Positions 1 to 11,864 of a stretch of DNA of 64,000 bases are shown here, piece after piece. The DNA comes from Gekko japonicus (Eukaryota): assembly GCF_001447785.1 (NCBI RefSeq), contig NW_015167655.1, positions 13,602 to 77,601 of the forward strand, given 5' to 3'. The notes below the pieces were generated by a model. It did no database searches. It saw only the letters and a program-made list of their open reading frames with translations, and was not told where the DNA came from. How positions within the stretch are numbered: the stretch's first letter is position 1; each line of letters opens with the position of its first letter. The position numbers and the translations under genes were made by a program.

Positions 1-36
1 AGAACACCTGCTTCGCATGCATAAGGTCCCCGGTCC

Positions 37-333
37 CAGGGGTCATTTCGTAAAAAAAGAGGCGCAGGAGCTCATTAGCATAACTTATTTGCATAATTTA
101 TTTGCATAGGCCACACCCCCTGACATCACCAGAAGTGTGTGAGAAGGCAACACCCACCGCTCAGGCTCCACTGGACTGTTTTGGATTGCTAGCTAACTGG
201 CTGCTTCTTGCTCCTCGTGGCTTGACTGAGGGCTGCTGGGAGCAGGGGGTGGGGCTTGCTGCATGTGCCCACCCCCCGGGTTCCTTACTGCCGGTGCTCC
301 GCTCCTGTGCACTCCCGCAGGAAATGACCCCTG
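37..333. mobile_element. hAT-type non-autonomous DNA transposon (MITE), nested in a tRNA-SINE head
   Basis: TIR CAGGGGTCATTT and 8-bp TSD cccggtcc (29-36 / 334-341). Confidence 0.85.
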
Positions 334-3300
334 CCCGGTCCAATCCCATGTGAGAGCCCAATGCAGGGAAAGACTCCTCTGTGCTTGAGAGCTGGCTGAT
401 GGTGTTATACCCCTTTGAAGCCCCTCCCCTTCCCAGCCCCAGGCTCCACCCCCCAAATCCCCAGGTATTTCCCAACCCAGAGCTGGCAACCGTAGGCTAG
501 ACGGACCAGTGGTCTGACTTGGTGTGAAGCACCTTCCTGGGTTCGTCTCAAAGACATATCCCAGAGCGAGTGCTCGCATTTCCCCTCATGAGCACCCTAG
601 AACCTGATTTTTGTACAAAATGTATACCATTCCCTCCCACACAACCAAAGTGGCTTACAACAACACCATTCTCCCCTCCTCCATATCACCCTCGCCACAA
701 CAACCCTGTGAGGTAGGTCCAGTTGAAAGAGTGAGTAGGGTTGCCAGGTCTGGGTTGGAAAATACCTGGAGACTTTGGGGGCGGATCCGGGAAAGGGCGG
801 GGTTTGGGGAGGGGTGGGGAGGGGCCTCAGCATGGTACCATGCCATAGAGTCTACCCTCCAAAGCAGCCATTTTCTCCAGGGGAGCTGGTCTCCAGGGGT
901 CGTTTCGTAGAAAAAGAGCTAGGGGAACTCATTAGCATAACTCATTAGCATATGCCACACCCCCTGATATCACCGGAAGTGTGTCATAAGGCAACACCCC
1001 CTGATATCACCGGAAGTGTGACATAAATACTTGCAGAGTCAACCCTGCTTAGCTTCCAAGATCTGCAGTTCTTGAGCTGATGGAGAATGAGGGCCGGAAG
1101 TGGGGCAGCCGGAAGCAGAGGGCGGGGCTTCGTCATGTGCCCCGCCCCCTGTACCTCACCCGGGGGAACTGCAATCCCCCGCGATCCCCCCCCAATCTAC
1201 CTCTGCTGGTCTCTGTCAGCTGGAGATCAGTCGTAAAAGCGGGAGATCCCCAGACCCCACCTGGAGGGTGGCAAGCCTGAGAGTGTGGCAGGACCAAGGT
1301 CTCCCCATGAGCTTCCATAGCCAAGTGGGGTTTTGAACTTGGGTCTCCCAAATCCTAGTCAAATCCCTGTAGCCCACCAGTTCTCTGATGGCACCTCACC
1401 GCCTCTGCACTCTAATGGGGGAAAGGGCTGCCATCAACAGGGGGAACCTCTGAGGAGTTGCTGACAACTCACTACTGAGGCCTAGCAAACCACCTCCGTT
1501 TATGCATAAATCACCACATACTTTCAAACGCTGTCAAAGAATGAACTCTCATAGGCAACAATGCGGAGCAATGCAGGCCACTCCAATTGAAATGTTCTGA
1601 ATGAAACGTCCAACTTATATCCAGAAAATAAAGGTGAATGGTAATAAGACGAGAGAGCGGGCTGGTGTTATGAGTAAGGGTGACTTGGCACACATTCCGG
1701 TAAACATTTTGTTTCCCAAGGGCCTCCTCAGAAGTCGAAGGCTGGGATCTTCAGTAGAGCGTCTGAGGAATGTTAGCGGTCTTGACCGTCTCCTCAGATC
1801 TTCCTGTAAAATTCCATAATTGTGAGACAGAGCATTTCCTCCAAAAAAATAAATAAATCCTTCTTCTATCTTATTTCCTTTAGAATATTTCCGTTGGAAT
1901 GGTCTGCATTGCATGTGAGTGTTTATCTGTTCATTCACTGAAAGTATTTGAAAGTTGTTGTTGTTAGGCATTCAGTCGTGTCCGACTCTTGGCGATTCTA
2001 TGGGCCAGCTCTCTCCACGTTCTCCAATCTTGTGCTGTTTCTTTGAGCTGTTCCATGCTCAGGCTGGTGTCGACTGTTATGGTGTCTAGCCACCGTGGCA
2101 CACAGGTGTACATGGCTGGGTTATCTGAAAGTATGTGCTGATTTATACATAAACGGACACACTGTGATTTTCAAAAGTATCTTTATATTTAATTTTTCTA
2201 ATGCAATCATTGCATTTGTATACACTTTTCACGGTCTTCTTGCCGACCGTGCTCCCGGATCATTTCACGTAACAAACCACCTCCAGCACCAGCTGCCTAA
2301 GGAGAGTGGCAGAATACAAGCCCGGGGCCTCCCACTTTGGGATGGGCTCTCCACAGCCCACCACCAATGGCTGCTCCCTGTTTTCTGAACAAGTGGGGTG
2401 GATCCTACCTGCCACTCAGGATCCACCGTCACGATTAAGGGAGGGGAAGAGCGTGGTCACTGCCAGCTAGCCCCTCAGGGCAGGTGGGAGGGGAGGGCAC
2501 CGAGGAGGGGCCGGACCCAGGAGAGTGGCAAGCCGCAGCAGAGGCTGCCCTGTAGGTGTGGGGAGCAGTAAATAGGGGGTGCACCAGAAGTCATTTTGCT
2601 AACACCCCCATAACGCTGGGAACCAGCCCTGTGGTGCTGCCGCTGTTCTACCTTACAGGGTTGTCGTGCAAATAACTGAATTGCTTTGAGCCTCTTGAAA
2701 CTTTGTGATGCTTGCCGTGGAGAAACAGGCTGCCCCCAAAAGCCCGTTGCACAGCGAAGCGATGGGCGGGGCTGCCAGACCCAGGCAGCAGTGTCGGTGG
2801 AGGGGGAGGGCTATATCCCAAGGGCTTGCAGGCTGCTCGGGAAAGTCCTGTGGGGGGAATGAGGTTCCTGCCCCCTTCAGGCCCACAGGACAACAGGGCC
2901 TGGGGGCAGCTGCCTTGAGGGCACCCTCTTCCCTTGCTTCATAGAAGCAAACAGTCCCTGGGCCCTTGAGAAGAAAAACCACGTGGGAGAAGGGTTGCCA
3001 TCCTCCAGGTGATGTCTGGAGATCTCCCGCTATGACAACTGATCTTCAGGCAACAAAGATTAGTTCACCCGGAGAAAATGGCCGCTCTGAAAGGTGGACT
3101 GTATGGCATTATACCTCACCAAAGTCCCTCCCCTGCCCTCCTCAGGCTCCACCCCCAAAACCTCCAGGTATTTCCCAACCCAGGCCTGTGTAGGACAGCC
3201 TCCTTGGCCCTGCATTCCAGGTGCTGGCTGGGTAACACCAGTGGCAGACGGGCCCTTTAAGTGACTGGAAAGTTCCTGGTGGCTCCAGGTTGGGAAATAC

Positions 3301-5075
3301 CTGGAGATTTGGGGGGGATGCTGAGAATTGTTGGGTTTGGGGAGCGGAGGGACTTTAATGGGGTATAATGCCATGCCTTGGTGCATTCCGTGCGCCTTGG
3401 TGTTTAGTCATGCCGGCCACATGACCACGGAAACGTCTTTGGACAGCGCCGGCTCTTCGGCTTTGAAACGGAGATGAGCACCGCAGCCCTAGAGTCGGAC
3501 TCGACTGGCTTTCGAGCAAGGGAACCTTTACCTTTAATGCCATGGAGTCCACCTTCCAAAGCAGCCGTTTTCTCCAGGTGAACTGATCTCCCGTCGTCTG
3601 GAGACCTGCTACTACCTGGGATTCACACCGAAGCCTGTCTTGTTTTTGATACTACCTGGAGGTTGGCAATCCTGGCTGCTGTCCTGGAGGGCCCCCTGGT
3701 GGCCAAGAGCAAGCACAGCATGACCATTGTCGCAGTCCAGGCCCGAGGCCAGCGGGCCCTGCTTTGTCGCCAACCCCTTGGCTCCGCTTGCTCCAGGGCA
3801 GCTTTAGCCTTTGGATTGGCCCCTGGGCCACCCACCGCATGACAGTTTCTCGAGGGCAGCAAATAGAGTTGCCAGCCTCCAGGAGGGGCCTGAAGTTCTC
3901 CTGGGTTCACAGCTGGTCTCCAGACTACAGAAATCAGTTCCTCGGGAGCAACGCTCCCTCTAAGCCCTGGAGTCTTGTGAGCAAACATTCTACTTTATGA
4001 GCCACTGGCGTGAAAGTTGTGAGCGAGCGATTTGGCTGCTGCATAAATGAGTTTGCTCTGGAGCCCTCCTTCCCGAGCTGAGACAAAAACGGGCAAGCCG
4101 GAGGCTAGAACACTGTGAGCTAGCTCACACTAACTCAGCTTAGAGGGAACACTGCTCGGGAGGAAGCGGCAGCTTCCGGAGGGGCACTCTGTGCCATCTA
4201 GGGCTGCCAGATACAGGTTGGGGAATACCTGGAGATTTTGGGGGTGGAGCCTGAGGAAAGCGGGGTTTGTGGAGGGATTTCAATGGGGTATAACGCCACA
4301 GAGTCCACCTTCTAAAGTGGCCATTTTCTCCAGGTGAACTGATCTCTCTTGCCTGGAGATCAGTTGTCATAGCAGGACATCTCCATCCACCCCCTGGAAG
4401 TTGACAACCCTAGTGCCATCACATCCGGGTAAATTTACATAAGAACATAAGAGACGCCAATGTTCGATCAGGCCAAAGGCCCATCTAGTCCAACACTCTG
4501 TCACACAGTGGCCAAAAATACCAGGTGCCACCAGGAGGTCCACCAGTGGGCCCAGGACATTAGAAGCCCTCCCACTGTTGACCCCCCCCCCAAGCACCCT
4601 TCCCAAACTCCACACACACCCTAGAGCCTGTCCGATGCCACAACAACAGAACATGAATATTCCTCCCTCCTGGCACCGACCCCGCAACTGAAGCTGTAGG
4701 CGGCAGCTGCTCCCCGTAAACACACACACTGATTGTGTCTGTCTTCTTGCAGGATGTGAATGCACCATGGGGGGGGGGGGCAGATTTATGACGGAATCGT
4801 CTGAAAGGGAGCAGCAGCCTTGGCCGATCCCTGATGTCCCCCTCTGCCCTTCGCAGCTCCAATCACACACACCTGCCTCTACTGTGGCCGGCAAACAATA
4901 AAAGACTTTAAACAAAATTTTATTTCCTAGGTTGTTTACTCTCAGGTTTTCTGGGGGGAGAGCAGTGGGGGCGGAGAGGAGAGTGAGAAGGAATATTTTC
5001 ATTTGGAATTCTGACCTTCAGGGCCAACTGTTATGTTTTTGCTTTCCCAGGCCACTTTCTGGCTGGGCTCTTTTT

Positions 5076-5232
5076 GTAGCAGGAACTCCTTTGCATATTA
5101 GGCCACACAGCCCTAATGTAGCCAATCCTCCAAGAGCTTACAGAGCTCTTCTTACAGGGGCTACTGTAAGCTCTTGCAGGATTGGCTACATTAGGAGTAT
5201 GTCACTTAATACGCAAATGAGTACCTGCTACA
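5076..5232. mobile_element. Fold-back (palindromic) MITE
   Basis: Inverted arms tgtagcagg...taatgtagccaatcct..caagagcttacag and ctgtaagctcttg..aggattggctacattag...cctgctaca. Confidence 0.6.
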
Positions 5233-5927
5233 TGGCTCAGTGGTAGAGCCTCTGCTCGGCATGCAGAAGGTCCCCAGTTCAGTCCCTGCCATCTCCAGTT
5301 AAAAGGACCAGGCAGTAGGTGAATGTGAGAGACCTCAGCCTGAAACCCTGGAGTCCCACTTGAAGATTGTCTGAGTAGACAATACTGATTTCGATGCACC
5401 GAGGGTCTGATTCAGTATAAGGCAGCTTCATGTGTTCCTCATGTGCAGCAAAGGTTTCAGGATTAGAACTCGGCTTATACACATCTGAGAACTAAATTTC
5501 TCCAATATCTCTGGGTTGAATCGTCTCCTGCATCATTGCCAACCTGGTATCTTGGACTATATGTGTATATATTACACTTTTATCTGTATATTTTAAAATG
5601 TATGGTGTGGAATAAGTGGATAAAGATCTCTCTGTGCTGTAATAGCAAGCCACCCAATGAAGCTGGTGAAGGAAAAAGGGGATACTTCTTCACATAACGC
5701 ACAATTAACTTATGGCACCATCATGGCTTTAAAAGCTAATTTGTGAAGGAGAGGATCAATCAGTAGCTAAACGTTCAGAGTCTGTGTACTTAGAATAATA
5801 GAATCAGAAGGGACTTCCAGGGTCATCTAGTCCAACCCCCTGCACAATGCAGGAAATTCACAACTACCTCCCCCCCACACCCCCAGTCACCCCTGCTCCA
5901 TGCCCAGAAGATGCCCCCCTAAAAAAA

Positions 5928-6885
5928 NNNNNNNNNNNNNNNNNNNNNNNNNNNNNNNNNNNNNNNNNNNNNNNNNNNNNNNNNNNNNNNNNNNNNNNNN
6001 NNNNNNNNNNNNNNNNNNNNNNNNNNNNNNNNNNNNNNNNNNNNNNNNNNNNNNNNNNNNNNNNNNNNNNNNNNNNNNNNNNNNNNNNNNNNNNNNNNNN
6101 NNNNNNNNNNNNNNNNNNNNNNNNNNNNNNNNNNNNNNNNNNNNNNNNNNNNNNNNNNNNNNNNNNNNNNNNNNNNNNNNNNNNNNNNNNNNNNNNNNNN
6201 NNNNNNNNNNNNNNNNNNNNNNNNNNNNNNNNNNNNNNNNNNNNNNNNNNNNNNNNNNNNNNNNNNNNNNNNNNNNNNNNNNNNNNNNNNNNNNNNNNNN
6301 NNNNNNNNNNNNNNNNNNNNNNNNNNNNNNNNNNNNNNNNNNNNNNNNNNNNNNNNNNNNNNNNNNNNNNNNNNNNNNNNNNNNNNNNNNNNNNNNNNNN
6401 NNNNNNNNNNNNNNNNNNNNNNNNNNNNNNNNNNNNNNNNNNNNNNNNNNNNNNNNNNNNNNNNNNNNNNNNNNNNNNNNNNNNNNNNNNNNNNNNNNNN
6501 NNNNNNNNNNNNNNNNNNNNNNNNNNNNNNNNNNNNNNNNNNNNNNNNNNNNNNNNNNNNNNNNNNNNNNNNNNNNNNNNNNNNNNNNNNNNNNNNNNNN
6601 NNNNNNNNNNNNNNNNNNNNNNNNNNNNNNNNNNNNNNNNNNNNNNNNNNNNNNNNNNNNNNNNNNNNNNNNNNNNNNNNNNNNNNNNNNNNNNNNNNNN
6701 NNNNNNNNNNNNNNNNNNNNNNNNNNNNNNNNNNNNNNNNNNNNNNNNNNNNNNNNNNNNNNNNNNNNNNNNNNNNNNNNNNNNNNNNNNNNNNNNNNNN
6801 NNNNNNNNNNNNNNNNNNNNNNNNNNNNNNNNNNNNNNNNNNNNNNNNNNNNNNNNNNNNNNNNNNNNNNNNNNNNNNNNNNNNN
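5928..6885. other. Assembly gap (N)
   Basis: N run. Confidence 1.
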
Positions 6886-7957
6886 AAAGGGTGCATCAAG
6901 GCCGGCCGTGGGATCGCCGGCGCGTCCTTCCGCCAGCGCATCCCCGGCTCCTGGCCGAACTGCGCATGCTCAGACATGCGCAGTTCGGCAGCCTCCCGCT
7001 CCCGACTGTCGCTTCCTCCCCGGCATCTGATCGTGCCGGGGAGCAACGGCGCCGCGGCTCAGGGGATCCGTGGGATACCGCCGCGGCGTCTCTATTTTGG
7101 TGCGGCTTTTAAAAGCCGCACTTTGCCCGGTTTTTTTCCTGCCGTGTGGCAGGGACCTCAGTCGTCTAAATACCAATACTTCTAAGTACTAATTACTGGA
7201 GGGTATGTGAAATAACAGTGGAAGACTAAAGCCTCTGTAGCATTTATTCTGCGCTTGGTAATCCTGAGGAAAGACAAGATGTCCTTCAGGCTCCTTCTTG
7301 CCAGGTTCTAAGATTTCCTGAGATTCCGAAGACTTCCTCAGGTATTGCTCACACACTTTGAAGTCCATTTTCAGTGAAGAAAAATCTCAGTTATGAACTG
7401 TGTGGCCAAGACTTGAATCTCTACTTTTTGTGCTCGCACAGAATTGTAGCGTCCACGCAAAATTAAGTACTATCGTGGGTGTAGACATCTTTCGCTGTAT
7501 ACCTGTGGGCCGTTCTTCCCGGCCTTAAAGGTCTCTCAGCTCACGGTGGTGTGGACAGGTCTCCTCTTCTGGCAATTCTCTTGTGGTCCAGGGCAGCATC
7601 CAGCTAGGACGTGGGGCCTCCGTAGCAGACCTTTGGAGGCAGGACACAAGACGTTGGGGTGACAACTCCACCTTGGGGAAATCCCAGGAGATCTGGGGGT
7701 AGCGCACTGCTGGGGTGGCTCAGCGGGGATGTGATCTCGCGACAGGACTTCTGTTCCTCCTAGACTCTATGGTATCTGAAGCTGCCATGCCCTCCAGGGG
7801 ATCTGATCACTGTAGTCCGGGGATCAGTTGTAATTCTAGAAGAACTCCAGGCTCCAGCTCAAAGTTGGTAACCCTATTTAAGAGGCAGGCAGCTGTGGCA
7901 CTGTAGAACTGTCTGCGTCACTTTCCTACCTGCCCTCCAAGGGTCCATCTATCCTAC

Positions 7958-8682
7958 TCAAACTGTGGTCTCATACTCCATCATGACCTTAGGGCTGGGG
8001 GCCAGGCACCGCTTGCGCGGGGGCTGGCCGCCCCCTCTGTGGCATTCCCCACCCTGGCAAGTGCTGAGCTCAGGTTGAACGGTGGCCATGTGGATGCCAT
8101 GCTCGCAGAAGACCCGCTGGACTCGCTCCACCACAGCCTCAAAGGTGGCATCGTCGAAGCAGTATACCTGCGCCGTGGCCACCAAACTGCCCGGGCCATC
8201 CAGCTGCCAAATGTGGAGCTCCCGCACAGCCGCCACGCCTTCCGTGGCGCGCAGCCGCAGCTCCAGCAGCTGCAAGTCCAGGTCCTCTGGAACGGCCTGC
8301 AGGAGCACCATGGCGGAGCCACGGAAGGCCGGCCACAGCCAGAGCGGCAGGGCCACAGACACAGCCACGGCCAGCCCAGGGTCCAGGTAGAGCAGCCAGC
8401 AAGGGACCCGCGTGTCTGGCAATGGCTCAGAGACGGGCCAGGCCCAACATGGGCGTCTGGTGCAGTGCCCGAAGCAGGACGCGTGACCCAGACACGGAGT
8501 CCACAGGACGTGAAGAGTGAGCGAAGACAAAAGGACAGCTGCAGGTCCCAAGCAGGGCACCATCCAGTCAAAACACAGGGCTCGCCACAGTCCAGAGTTG
8601 TCCACAGGTGACACGAGGCCGGAGTCTGAGGGTTCCTCTAGCCAGACCCAGCTCTTGGAGGAGGATTCATTTCCCAGAAGAT
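7958..8682 (-). CDS. SLC30A1/ZnT1-like cation diffusion facilitator, terminal coding exon (TM5, TM6, cytosolic C-terminal domain)
   Basis: Acceptor ...ctccctcctctacAG|AT at 8682, then an open frame to TGA at 7958. Motifs PCWLLYLDPGL, SAMVLLQAVPEDLD, LRATEGVAAVRELHIWQLDG and FCEHGIHMATVQPE match recalled ZnT1 PCWVLYLDPTL, SALILLQTVPKQID, LRNVEGVEEVHELHVWQLAG and FHNHGIHATTIQPE. Confidence 0.85.
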
Positions 8683-9277
8683 CTGTAGAGGAGGGAGAAC
8701 AAGAAAACTGAAATGGAGGAGGAGTTTATTTATTAAAAATATTTCTTAGCTGTCTTTCTTTCACATGGAGCTCGAGGCAGATCACAATATTAATAAAATA
8801 CACCAAATATTTTGCCAGGTGCCTTCCTCCTGCCTGCGGGGGGATTTGGGGGGTGTTCCAGGGGTGGGCGGAGACCTTGGTGATGCACTGACATAACTTC
8901 CGGAGGTCACATCATCGCATTGGTGTCGTTGGGGTGACACTCTACTTTTTGGGCAAAACTCTATGGTAAAAACGGCTACAAACCATAGAGTTTTGCCCCA
9001 AATGTAGAGCATTGCCCCTGACGTGATGACATCACTTCCTGAAGTGACGTCAGCATGTTACCAACATCGCTTTGGGGCAGGCTGGAGCCCGCAAAAACAG
9101 AGGATTACCCACCCTGACTGGGAACTTAGCAGGCTTAAAAATAGATTATGCAAAAAAAAACAACACATGAAAAACCTTTAAAATCACAACTTTGGACTGC
9201 TTTAATCAAATGCAGTTCTAAATAAAACTGTCTCCAGCTGCCTCCTAAAGATCGAAAGTGATGGGGGCAGGTGCGCC

Positions 9278-9555
9278 CAGGCTTACCAAGTACTTACCGT
9301 GATTCAGCGGGGGACACATACTTCTTCCCAGGACCAGTCCCGCGGGGAAAACAGACGCGCTGCACCATGCCGTCGCCAGGAAGTGACGCCGAGTGACGCT
9401 CTGGCAATGGGGCTGGAAACTCGATGGTACCATCGAGTTTCCAGCCCCATTGTCAGAGCATCGCCCAGCGTCACTTCCTGGCGATGGCATGGTGTGGCGT
9501 GGGTGTGTTACAGGGAGGAATGTTCCGGCCGGGGATCATGTACTTGGTAACCCTA
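9278..9555. mobile_element. Fold-back hAT-like MITE
   Basis: TIR cagg(c)ttaccaagtac / gtacttggtaacccta; 8-bp TSD ggtgc(g/a)cc; central 48-bp perfect palindrome. Confidence 0.8.
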
Positions 9556-11009
9556 GGTGCACCTCCCTGGGGAGGTTGTTCCATAATCGTAGGAGCTACC
9601 ACAATCAGTCTCAGAAATGAATACAGAAGAACAAGGCACATAAGAACAGCCTTGTAAGATCATATCTAAGGTCCATCCAGTCTAGCACTTTGCTGCCGAA
9701 AGTGGCTGCCTTTGGGAAGCTCATAAGCAAGGTGTGAATGTGATTTACCTCCCTTTATGCTTTGTTCCTGGGATCTTGTACTCAGAGGGATGCTGCCTCT
9801 GGACATGGAAGTTCCATTTAGCTGTCAGGGTCCTCCATAGACCTCTCCTCCAGCTAACTGGTTGCCATCAAAGCTTGTGGTGGTGAATTTTGTGAGTTAC
9901 TTAGTAGTAGCATTCATGGTATGCAGCCAAAGTCTGTTAACGATCAATTACACAGACATAGAGCATAAAACATGAATCAGAGATAACAATACATTATGTA
10001 TATGTAATAATTACGTATGGTGCGAAAAAGTGCCTTGCTCCTCCATTTTTTGGGGGTATGTGGGGAGGAAAGAAAGGTAAAGCATTTAAAATAGATAAAT
10101 GCAGATTCCCCAAATCAACTTCCATTGGGCAGTCCTGAGTTCTAATCATCCAAGCTGTGATGCTGAAGAAGCAGACCATTTTTCAGAAGGGGGAGGGGGG
10201 GAAAGCAGGCTTGCCTTTTTGGTGGGCATCTGAAGCAAATAATGGTTTTTGTGGCATTTCCTTCTATTTTTTTAAACAATTGTGTCTTCAAGGATTGCAG
10301 CTTCAGAATTACTGGATTGCAGGGTCCAATTGTCTCCTCCCTGCCTGCCCTAAGATTCCAGAAATTCAGTGGCACCATAAAGATCGACAATATAAGTGTT
10401 TGTGAATCAGGGCTCACTTCCTTGGGATCACATCCATAGCAGGTATATTCATGCATATGTGAATGAAGTACTGTCAAGTTGCTTCCAGCTTATGGCAACC
10501 CCGTGCCCAATGCAGGACCAGCCTAAAGCATCTCTGACAAATATTCATCCAGCCTCTTCTTAAAAGCTGTCAGTGAAGGGGAGCTCACCACCTCCCTAGG
10601 CAGCTGATTCCACCTTTGAACTACCCTGACGGTGAAAATGTTTTTCCTAATATCCAGCCGATACCTTTCTGCATGTAATTTAAATCTGTTGCTTCGGGTC
10701 CTATCCCCTGCTGCTGTTTGTAATTTGTAAATCATAATCATTTGTAATTCCAGAACTCCAGTCCCCACCCAGAGGTTGACAGCCCTAGGCGGTCTTTAAG
10801 GTGTGACTGAACTCTTTAATTTTGCTATAGCATACCAGGCCCATAGCCATGGGGGGCATTTGGGGCAATGCCCCCCCCACAGATAGGCACTGCCCCCTTG
10901 GACAAAAACTTAAAGAAAGTTCAGGGAAAATTCAAATGTAATACGTGTGTTGGTGTTCTAAAATGACCCCAGGAACAGTCAGGGAAGCTCCCCAGCATGA
11001 TTGTTTTCT

Positions 11010-11260
11010 CCAGTGATGCTTGTCTTCCCGTAATGTGACCAATGTATGAAAGAGTTTAGTCATTTTAGCTTCTAGGGAGAGTTCAGGCCTGATTTGATCT
11101 AGAATCCATTTATTTGTCCTTTTAGCGGGCCACGGTATGCCTAAAACTCTCCTTCAGCACCACGTTTCAAATGAATCCACTTTCTTCTTGTCAGCTTTCT
11201 TCATTGTCCAACTTTCACACCCATACTTTGAAATGGGGAATACAATGGCACGGATCATCT
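11010..11260 (-). mobile_element. RTE/Bov-B-like LINE fragment
   Basis: cagcaccacgtttcaaatg...cagctttcttcattgtccaactttcacacccatac resembles the antisense RTE/Bov-B 3' coding region. A related tail is at ~1955-2095. Confidence 0.55.
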
Positions 11261-11626
11261 GGATTGCTTCTCTTTGTAACACCTACTTTTTGTTGCTTGT
11301 AACTTCCAGAAGCAATATAACTGTGGTAGATGCTGTACTTCATACAGCCGATAAATTGGGTCAGTATAAATAAACTGCGTCAGAATCAATATAATGACCT
11401 CCAGAATAAATTGGCCAGTTTAAGGGTTGCCAATTCTGGGCTGGGAAATTCCTGGAGATTTGGAGGCGAATCTTGGGGAGGGGAGGGTTTGATGAAGGTA
11501 AGGACCTCAGTGGAGTAGGATGCCATAGAGAGCCCCCTCCAAAGCAGCCATTTTCTTCTGGGCAAATGATTTCTGTAATCTGGAGATCACAGAATCATAA
11601 GGGTTGGAAGGGGCCATAATGACCAT

Positions 11627-11738
11627 CAATGTTCCCTCTAAGCTGTGGAGTCTTGTGACCAAAAATTCTACTTTGTGAGCGACTGGCATGAAAGTTGTGA
11701 GCGAGTGATTTGGCTACTGCATAAGTTAGTTTGCTCTG
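11627..11738. mobile_element. Half copy of the ~205-bp 'CA(G/A)TGTTCCCTCTAAG' hAT MITE
   Basis: Left half matches the complete copies elsewhere in the window. Right half and second TSD are missing. Confidence 0.8.
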
Positions 11739-11864
11739 AGACCCGGTGGCCCGGCTGGCCACCACCTCCACCACAAAGAGGGAGACCGAAAGACAGAACT
11801 GGCCAGCTGTCCAACCTGTTGAGCCCCCAATCCACAGGGACCCCACACTGCTCCAGAACGCCAT
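11739..11864 (-). pseudogene. 5' fragment of exon 1 of the SLC30A1-like gene (N-terminus + TM1), truncated
   Basis: ATG at 11864. QFCLSVSLFVVEVVASRATGS resembles ZnT1 MLALTFMFMVLEVVVSRVTSS. Homology stops at 11739, where half of a MITE begins. TM2-TM4 coding sequence was not found between 8683 and 11738. Confidence 0.65.

Noticed and set aside
5847-7112. Long ORFs (421, 376 and 375 aa; likewise 24505-25698 and 53421-53805)
   Set aside because: They are open only because they run through N gaps.
6886-7150. CpG-rich stretch with NRF1-like TGCGCATGC motifs, resembling a promoter
   Set aside because: It has internal inverted repeats, abuts a gap and has no associated exon. More likely a young fold-back repeat, though regulatory use cannot be excluded.
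8039-8611. 190-aa + strand ORF and other overlapping ORFs
   Set aside because: These are antisense or alternative-frame shadows of the GC-rich SLC30-like exon.
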